From assembly GCA_963778855.1 (NCBI GenBank), contig CAVZWC010000004.1, forward strand, positions 117,309 through 181,308: a stretch of 64,000 nt of DNA. Direction: 5' to 3'. The notes under the pieces were generated by a model, which saw only the letters and a list, made by a program, of their open reading frames with translations, was not told the origin of the DNA and ran no database searches. Shown piece after piece: positions 42,926-49,201 of the stretch; the first letter of the stretch is position 1, and the number at the start of each line of letters is the position of its first letter. Made by a program: the position numbers and the translations under genes. Source of the DNA: an uncultured Gammaproteobacteria bacterium (GTDB lineage Bacteria; Pseudomonadota; Gammaproteobacteria; Steroidobacterales; Steroidobacteraceae).

Positions 42926-43702
42926 ATGACGCACGCGCAGCTCGCGCTGGTCGGCCTCGCGGGATTCGCGGCCGGCGCGGTCAATGCGCTCGCGGGCGGC
43001 GGGACGCTGCTGAGCTTCCCGGCCCTGCTGGCCGCCGGGCTGCCTCCGGTCGTGGCCAACCTGACCAGCACCATCGCCCTGTGCCCCGGATATCTCGGCG
43101 CCACGCTCGCGCAGCGCGCGGACCTTGCCGGGCAACGTGCTCGAGCGCTGAAGTTGCTGCCTGCCGCTCTCGCCGGCGGCCTCGGCGGGGCGATGCTGCT
43201 GCTGCATACCAGCGAGGCCCGCTTCACCGCGCTGATCCCCTGGCTGCTGCTGGCCGCCTGCGGGCTGCTCGCCGTCCAGGAGCCGCTGCGTGCGGTGCTT
43301 GCGCTGCGCATGGCGCGCAATATCGGCGGTGCGCCGGGTCCCTGGCTGCCGCTGGGCATCGCGCTCGCCGCCGTGTACGGCGGCTACTTCGGCGCCGGCA
43401 TGAGCGTGCTGCTGCTGGCCGTGCTCGGGCTGGGCTGCATCGATGCCCTGCCGCGCCTCAACGCGCTCAAGCAGCTGCTGGCGCTGGCGGCGAATTTCGC
43501 GGCCGCGGCCTGGCTGGCCCTGAACGCCAGCGTCGACTGGAGCCTCGCGGCCCTGCTCGGTGCCAGCGCGCTGCTGGGCGGCGCGGTCGGCGGACGCTTC
43601 GCACGCCGGCTGTCGGCGCGCTGGCTGCGGCGCGTGGTCGTGTCGCTGGGCCTCGCGCTCGCGCTCTATTACCTGCTGCGCGCGCCGGCAGGAGTATCAT
43701 GA
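42926..43702 (+). CDS. TauE/SafE family sulfite/organosulfonate exporter-like membrane protein
   Basis: Intact 258-aa polytopic ORF with the duplicated GxxxG-rich TauE pattern (AGAVNALAGGGTLLSFPAL; YGGYFGAGMSVLLLAVL). Confidence 0.8.
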   Translation: MTHAQLALVGLAGFAAGAVNALAGGGTLLSFPALLAAGLPPVVANLTSTIALCPGYLGATLAQRADLAGQRARALKLLPAALAGGLGGAMLLLHTSEARFTALIPWLLLAACGLLAVQEPLRAVLALRMARNIGGAPGPWLPLGIALAAVYGGYFGAGMSVLLLAVLGLGCIDALPRLNALKQLLALAANFAAAAWLALNASVDWSLAALLGASALLGGAVGGRFARRLSARWLRRVVVSLGLALALYYLLRAPAGVS

Positions 43703-44250
43703 GCGGCACCATGGAGCGCGTGGCCTACACGACGTTTCGGACCGCCATCGGCCACTGCGGCCTCGCCTGGACCAACGCCGGCCTCGTGGCCGTGCAGCTG
43801 CCGGAGCGCAGCGCGGCGGCCACGGCGGCGCGGCTGCGCAAGCGTTTTCCCGGCGCCCGCCGGCGCCTCGCCCTGTCGCGCGCGGTGCGCCGGGCGCGTG
43901 CGGCGATCGTGCGCCTGCTGGCGGGCGAAGGCGACGAGCTGGCCGCGATCAAGCTCGACCTGTCGCACTGCAGCCCGTTCCATCGCCGCGTCTACGAGAT
44001 CGCGCGCACCATCCCGCGTGGCGAGACGCTGAGCTACGGCGAGCTCGCCGTGCGCGCCGGCAACCCGCGCGCCGCGCGCGCCGTGGGACAGGCGATGGCG
44101 CACAATCCGTTCCCATTGCTGGTGCCCTGCCACCGCGTGCTGGCCGCGCACGGCGCCGGCGGATTCTCGGCGCCCGGGGGAGTGGGCACGAAGTTCCGCC
44201 TGCTGCGCATCGAGGGCGCGCTCGCGCAGCGCGAATTGCCGCTGGGTTGA
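43699..44250 (+). CDS. ogt: Methylated-DNA-protein-cysteine methyltransferase (Ogt/MGMT)
   Basis: ATGA overlap with the TauE gene. The active-site motif is LVPCHRV, preceded by TLSYGELAVRAGNPRAARAVGQAMAHNP. Confidence 0.88.
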   Translation: MSGTMERVAYTTFRTAIGHCGLAWTNAGLVAVQLPERSAAATAARLRKRFPGARRRLALSRAVRRARAAIVRLLAGEGDELAAIKLDLSHCSPFHRRVYEIARTIPRGETLSYGELAVRAGNPRAARAVGQAMAHNPFPLLVPCHRVLAAHGAGGFSAPGGVGTKFRLLRIEGALAQRELPLG

Positions 44251-44287
44251 TCGGGCCCGGCGCGTGCCGTCGCCAGCCGGCTGCGGG

Positions 44288-44764
44288 CTACGCGACCGGG
44301 TCCGAGGTTGCAGTGTCCACCTGGCCCATGGCCGGGCGGAAGCGCACGCACACGCTGGCGGCGACGTGCATCGCCGAGCCCACCACCGTGACGCCCGCGT
44401 CCTGCAGGAAGGCGACGATGAAGGCCTGCAGTCCTTCGCAGCGCTGCCGCGCTGTTTCCTGGTCCTCGGACTGCGCCACCAGCCGTGCCCGCCAGTTCTG
44501 CGCGCGCGGATTCGCGACCGTGAGCTCGCGCAGCGCGCGATCGAGCAGCGCCAGGTCGCCGGAGAGCGTGTTGTCGGTCAGGTCGGGATTGCGCGCCTGC
44601 CCGGGTGCGGCAAGCCTTAGGTGCAGCAACGCGCCGTCGGGCTCGGACTCATCGTAGAGGCACACGGCCAGCGAGCTTTGCAGCCGCGCGCCGAGCACGA
44701 CGTCCGCCGAGGTGGCGCGGTAGTCGTCTGCCCGGACCTGCAACGCGGTGTCGCCGTCATCCAT
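44288..44764 (-). CDS. CheD-like (chemoreceptor glutamine deamidase fold) protein, orphan
   Basis: The 158-aa ORF has a layout (..LGARLQSSLAVCLYDE..GALLHLRL..; C-terminal ..GVTVVGSAM...VRFRPAMGQV) that follows the CheD pattern as I recall it. The canonical GSC nucleophile position reads SSL. Assignment is by memory only. Confidence 0.4.
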   Translation of the reverse strand: MDDGDTALQVRADDYRATSADVVLGARLQSSLAVCLYDESEPDGALLHLRLAAPGQARNPDLTDNTLSGDLALLDRALRELTVANPRAQNWRARLVAQSEDQETARQRCEGLQAFIVAFLQDAGVTVVGSAMHVAASVCVRFRPAMGQVDTATSDPVA

Positions 44765-44803
44765 GCGCGCAGTGTCGCAGGGCGCGCAACCGTCCCGGTG
44801 TTA

Positions 44804-44853
44804 GCTGCATCACAGTCCGGCGCGCTGATGCAGCGCTGTTGTTATCATGCAGC
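44804..44853. promoter_or_regulatory. Operator-like repeats in the divergent CheD-like/HAD promoter region: GCTGCATCA-N13-TGATGCAGC (perfect 9-bp inverted repeat) plus a third copy, tcATGCAGC, 12 nt further on
   Basis: Read directly at 44804-44812, 44826-44834 and 44845-44853. The last copy ends 1 nt before the HAD start codon. Confidence 0.4.
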
Positions 44854-44854
44854 G

Positions 44855-45580
44855 ATGAAGCTCACTGATTTCAAGGTCCTGACCTTCGACTGCTACGGCA
44901 CGCTGATCGACTGGGAGACCGGCATCTGGAATGCCCTGGCGCCGCTGGTCGGCAAGTCTGGCGGTGGCCGCACGCGCGACGTGGTGCTCGAGAACTTCGC
45001 GCGCCACGAAGTGGCGCAGGAGGAAGCGACTCCCGCGATGCCGTACTCGCAACTGCTGGCGGTGGTGTACGAGCGGCTGGCGCGGGAATGGGGCGTGCCG
45101 GTGACGCGCGAGCAGGCCAACATCTTCGGCGCCTCGGTGCCCGACTGGCCGGAGTTCCCGGATTCCTCCGAGTCGCTGCAGTACCTCAAGCGCCATTACC
45201 GGCTGGTGATCCTCTCGAACGTCGACCGGATCTCGTTCCGCTCCAGCAACGCGCGGCTGCGCGTCGAGTTCGATGCCGTGTACACCGCGCATGACATCGG
45301 TTCCTACAAGCCGGACGCGCGCAATTTCGACTACCTGTTGCGGCGGCTGCGCGAGGACTTCGGCCTCGGCAAGCCCGACATCCTGCACACGGCGCAGAGC
45401 CTGTTCCACGACCACGTGCCGGCCAAGCGCGTCGGCCTGGCCACGGCCTGGATCGACCGCCGCCACGCCGCCAGCGGCTGGGGCGCGACCGTGGCCCCGC
45501 CCGGCACGCCGAAGTACGACTTCCGCTTCGAGACCCTGGCGGCGTTTGCCGCTGCCCATCGGCAGGAGACGGGCGGGTGA
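44855..45580 (+). CDS. HAD-superfamily hydrolase (haloacid dehalogenase type II-like)
   Basis: The ATG at 44855 gives MKLTDFKVLTFDCYGTLIDWE (DxYGT motif I). Other motifs are ILSNVD (II) and YKPD..(III). Confidence 0.8.
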   Translation: MKLTDFKVLTFDCYGTLIDWETGIWNALAPLVGKSGGGRTRDVVLENFARHEVAQEEATPAMPYSQLLAVVYERLAREWGVPVTREQANIFGASVPDWPEFPDSSESLQYLKRHYRLVILSNVDRISFRSSNARLRVEFDAVYTAHDIGSYKPDARNFDYLLRRLREDFGLGKPDILHTAQSLFHDHVPAKRVGLATAWIDRRHAASGWGATVAPPGTPKYDFRFETLAAFAAAHRQETGG

Positions 45581-45769
45581 CGCGGCCTGCTCGCATGAGA
45601 AATACTATCAATAGGGCGCTAATGCGAGTCGGGAATTCGCCGGGGCCGAATCAAGATAACTGCAGGCATTGATTGCGCCTTTCAGCCCAACGGGGCCCCA
45701 CTCCAAAGAGCAGCGGCTCGCCATGGAGATCCTCAACGGAGTCCTGGCACAGGCCAGGCGGTAAGCCCA

Positions 45770-46318
45770 GTGGCGCGCTCCAAGACCCTGGCGCCACGTG
45801 TCGACATCGCTCGCGCCATCCTTATTCTGCGTAGTTACAAGGTCCTGCTGGATGAGAATCTGGCCACCCTCTATGGCGTCGAGACCAAGGTTCTCGTGCA
45901 AGCCGTCAGGCGCAACGCGGCCAGGTTTCCGGAGGATTTCATGTTCCAGCTCACCGCCCCGGAATGGAGCGCTTTAAGGTCACAATCTGTGACCTTAAAG
46001 CACAGGCGCGGCCAGCACCGCAAATACCTGCCATACGCGTTCACCGAGCAGGGCGTGGCCATGCTGTCGTCGGTGCTCCGTAGCCCTCGGGCCATTTCCG
46101 TCAACATCGAGATCATGCGTGCCTTCGTCCGCATGCGCGAGATGCTCGCCTCCGACCACGAGCTTGCGGAGCGCATTGATCAGCTCGAAGCCCGCATCGG
46201 CAAGAAACTCGCTACCCACGACAAGGCGATCACCGCCATCCTATCGGCCATTCGGGAGTTGATGCAGCCCCTGGCCACGAAGCGCCGGGGCATCGGATTT
46301 ACTGCCGAAATCGGCTAA
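45770..46318 (+). CDS. ORF6N domain protein (KilA-N-related DNA-binding)
   Basis: The 182-aa ORF has the family signature ILRSYKVLLDENLATLYGVETKVLVQAVRRNAARFPEDFMFQLT..LRSQ.VT..YLPYAFTEQGVAMLSSVLRS..AI.VNIEIMRAFV. It sits in a visibly lower-GC stretch. Confidence 0.85.
   Translation: MARSKTLAPRVDIARAILILRSYKVLLDENLATLYGVETKVLVQAVRRNAARFPEDFMFQLTAPEWSALRSQSVTLKHRRGQHRKYLPYAFTEQGVAMLSSVLRSPRAISVNIEIMRAFVRMREMLASDHELAERIDQLEARIGKKLATHDKAITAILSAIRELMQPLATKRRGIGFTAEIG
45971..46001. repeat. Perfect 31-bp palindrome (14-bp arms GCTTTAAGGTCACA / TGTGACCTTAAAGC, 3-nt spacer) inside the ORF6N CDS
   Basis: Read directly. It overlies codons ALRSQSVTLK. Confidence 0.9.
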
Positions 46319-46498
46319 CTTCCATTATTGTCGGTGAACAGGCTGCGCTTCACCGGAGATCCAGGCGCCCTTTGGAATTTGTGGAGGCACAAAGTAGTCG
46401 CGGATCGCGAATGTCGATGATCAGAATCTCTTTGGACTTGCATTGATCTTCTGGTTCATTGTCGAGTGCCACTCGGCCGCTATCAGGCCGGCAGCGCT

Positions 46499-47983
46499 TC
46501 AGGGCGCGAAGGCCATGTAGACGTCGGTGCGGTTGGCGCTGTCGTTGCCCGAGGTGACGAACAGCGGCAGGAATTGGCTGCCGCTGGTGGCCAGGGCCTG
46601 GTAGTCGCCGAGGAACAGTCCTTGCGCGTAGGGCGCGTTGCCGAGCGGGAACCCACCGCTGACATGCGTGTCCGTCCAGGTCGTGCCGTCGGTCGAGGTC
46701 GCGAGCCAGTAGTCGGCCCGGAACACGCCGGTGCTGGGCTGGTCGTAGCGCAGGTCGTAGTATCCGACGCCGATCAGGCCGTCGGCGCGCAGCTGCACGT
46801 TGGGGATGAAGGCCGCGGCCGCGAGGTCGCCGCTGGCGCGCGTCGGCATGGTCCAGCTCGAGCCGCCGTCGCTGGAGCGCGCGATCGCGATCGCGTCGCG
46901 CGCTCCGCCGCTGAAGGCGGACGACTGCCAGGCCACGTACACGGTGCCAGCCGCATCGCGCGCGACCGAGGGCAGGTCGGCGCCGTCGCGCACGACCAGG
47001 CCCGTGTTCGGGTCGTGGATGCCGGCGGATTGTTCGCTGCTGATCGTGACCGGCGCGCCCCAGCTCGCGCCGCGATCGCTCGAGCGGATCACGCGCAGCT
47101 TCGCGGCCACGCCGCCGGCGACGGCGTCGAATTCCGTGAACACCACCAGCAGCGTGCCGTCGGGCAGCGAGAGCGGGATGTTGCCGAGCGTCTGGTTGCC
47201 GGGCCCGGGATCGTAGATCGCGCGCGCGGCCTCCCAGTTCGTGCCGCCGTTGGTCGTGCGCGCGAACATCGTCGGGCCGTTGCCATTCTGGTCCAGGCGA
47301 TCCCAGGTGGCGTAGACGAAGTTCGCGTCGACGGCATCGGCGGCGATGGCGCCCTTGTCGTCGAAGAAGGCGTCACCGTCGCTGATCAAGGTCAGCGGCG
47401 CACCCCAGGTGGCGCCGCCGTCGGTCGAGCGCAGCACCAGCATCGCGCTCGAGGATCCGGTCGCCAGGGTCGCCCCCGAGATCGACAGCGACAGCAGGTA
47501 GGCCGTGCCGTCGGCGCTGACGGCCAGCCAGGGATCCGAGGCGCGCTCGTAGTCCGCGCCGTTCGCCGGCGATCCTCCGGCGCAGCGCGAGACCGGCGCG
47601 GCGCTGCGACTCCAGCTGTGGCCCGTGTCGAATGAGGCGGCCGTCATGAGTCCTTGTGAGCCGCCGTCGGACCAGCGGTCCTGCTGCCAGGCGGCGATGA
47701 CATTGCTCGGGTTGATCGGATTGACGGCCACCGCGGGCTCGACCTCCGCGTTCGGGTACACGGTGCCGGTCGGCGCAATGCCGCCGCAGCCCAGCGCGAA
47801 GGGCGTCGGCGCCGAAAGGGTCACGAATGGGAGCGAATCCAGCACCGGGGGCGGAGGAGGGGGCGGGGGCGGCGGGGCTGGGTTCTGTCCGCCGCCGCAA
47901 CCCACGAGCAGGCAGGCCAGGCCCGGCCATGGCCAGCGGATCCTCGGCCTCACGATGCCCCAGGGAAACGACGCATTCCGCAT
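46499..47983 (-). CDS. BNR/Asp-box repeat (sialidase-like beta-propeller) lipoprotein
   Basis: The ATG at 47983 gives ..WPGLACLLVGCGG (lipobox), then a run of ~11 Pro. Six Asp-box motifs follow: SFDTGHSW, STDGGATW, TTNGGTNW, SSDRGASW, SSDGGSSW and STDGTTW. Confidence 0.8.
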   Translation of the reverse strand: MRNASFPWGIVRPRIRWPWPGLACLLVGCGGGQNPAPPPPPPPPPPVLDSLPFVTLSAPTPFALGCGGIAPTGTVYPNAEVEPAVAVNPINPSNVIAAWQQDRWSDGGSQGLMTAASFDTGHSWSRSAAPVSRCAGGSPANGADYERASDPWLAVSADGTAYLLSLSISGATLATGSSSAMLVLRSTDGGATWGAPLTLISDGDAFFDDKGAIAADAVDANFVYATWDRLDQNGNGPTMFARTTNGGTNWEAARAIYDPGPGNQTLGNIPLSLPDGTLLVVFTEFDAVAGGVAAKLRVIRSSDRGASWGAPVTISSEQSAGIHDPNTGLVVRDGADLPSVARDAAGTVYVAWQSSAFSGGARDAIAIARSSDGGSSWTMPTRASGDLAAAAFIPNVQLRADGLIGVGYYDLRYDQPSTGVFRADYWLATSTDGTTWTDTHVSGGFPLGNAPYAQGLFLGDYQALATSGSQFLPLFVTSGNDSANRTDVYMAFAP

Positions 47984-48020
47984 ATTATCCGGATCCGGCA
48001 AACTGCAGGTCGACACCGCC

Positions 48021-48584
48021 ATGCAACTCGAGACACCGCGACTGCTGTTGCGCCCGCCGGAGCTGCGCGACCTGGACGGTTGGGCCGCGTTGATGGCGGA
48101 TCCCGAATCCGCCAACCCGATTGGCGGCGTGCAGCCGCGCGCCGTGGCTTGGCGCTCTCTGGCGATGATGGCAGGCGCCTGGAGCCTGGCGGGCTTCGGC
48201 ATGTTCTCGGTGCTCGAGAAATCCAGTGGTGATTGGGTCGGGCGGGTCGGTCCCTGGTGTCCCGAGGGCTGGCCCGGCACCGAGATCGGCTGGGGCCTGC
48301 GGCGCCAGTATTGGGGGCGGGGCTACGCGACCGAGGCGGCGATCGCCGCGATCGACTGGGCCTTCGGGTCGTTGCGCTGGGCCGAGGCGATCCACGTGAT
48401 CGCGCCCGACAACCTGCCGTCGCAGGCGGTAGCGCGGCGACTGGGCTCGGTGCGGCGCGGGCCGGCCGCACTGCCGGCGCCGCTCGCCGAACTCGAGGCG
48501 GAGTGCTGGGGCCAGACCCGCGCCCAGTGGCGCTCGCAGCGCGCACGGCTGCCGCTGCACGCGGCGCAGGAGGGCGGCACGTGA
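48021..48584 (+). CDS. GNAT family N-acetyltransferase (RimJ/RimL-like)
   Basis: The ATG at 48021 gives MQLETPRLLLRPPELRDLD. The acetyl-CoA motif region reads WGLRRQYWGRGYATEAAIAAIDWAF. Confidence 0.8.
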   Translation: MQLETPRLLLRPPELRDLDGWAALMADPESANPIGGVQPRAVAWRSLAMMAGAWSLAGFGMFSVLEKSSGDWVGRVGPWCPEGWPGTEIGWGLRRQYWGRGYATEAAIAAIDWAFGSLRWAEAIHVIAPDNLPSQAVARRLGSVRRGPAALPAPLAELEAECWGQTRAQWRSQRARLPLHAAQEGGT

Positions 48585-48604
48585 ACGACAGGAGTGGCGG
48601 CGGC

Positions 48605-49201
48605 ATGGGCAAATCGCGCCTCGAGGCCTTCAGCGATGGCGTGCTCGCGATCATCATCACGATCATGGTGCTCGAGCTGCGCGCGCCGCACGCCACCACG
48701 CTGGCGGCCCTGTGGCCACTGTGGCCGAAGATCCTGAGCTACGGCATGAGCTTCATGTACCTCGGCATCTACTGGAACAACCACCACCACCTCTGGCAGG
48801 CGGTCGAACGCGTCAACGGCAGCGTGCTCTGGGCCAACCTGCACCTGCTGTTCTGGCTTTCGCTCGTGCCCTTCGCCACCGCGTGGATGGGCGAGAACGA
48901 GTTCGCCGCTGCGCCGGTGGCGCTGTACGGCGTCGTGCTGCTGGCCGCGGCCTGCGCCTACTACGTCATGACGCGCGTGCTGCTGGCGAGCCACGCGCCC
49001 GACTCGCTGCTGGCGCGCGCGCTCGGCCGCGACTTCAAGGGGCGGGTCTCGATCCTGATCTACCTCGTGGCCATTGCCGGCTCGTTCCGGCTGCCGTGGC
49101 TGTCGGGCCTGCTCTACGTGCTGGTCGCGGTGATCTGGCTCGTGCCCGACCGCCGCTTCGAGCGGCTGCTCGCCATGGGGAGCCCCGCGGCGCGTCGCTA
49201 G
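48605..49201 (+). CDS. TMEM175/DUF1211 family potassium channel-like membrane protein
   Basis: MGKSRLEAFSDGVLAIIITIMVLEL carries the family RxxxFSD signature in TM1, and there are ~6 hydrophobic segments. Confidence 0.8.
   Translation: MGKSRLEAFSDGVLAIIITIMVLELRAPHATTLAALWPLWPKILSYGMSFMYLGIYWNNHHHLWQAVERVNGSVLWANLHLLFWLSLVPFATAWMGENEFAAAPVALYGVVLLAAACAYYVMTRVLLASHAPDSLLARALGRDFKGRVSILIYLVAIAGSFRLPWLSGLLYVLVAVIWLVPDRRFERLLAMGSPAARR

Noticed and set aside
46330-46470. Short minus-strand reading frames downstream of ORF6N, including a rhodanese-like string ..IRDYFVPPQIPKGAWISGE
   Set aside because: The fragments are under 45 codons, interrupted by stops and without start-site context. At best they are gene remnants.
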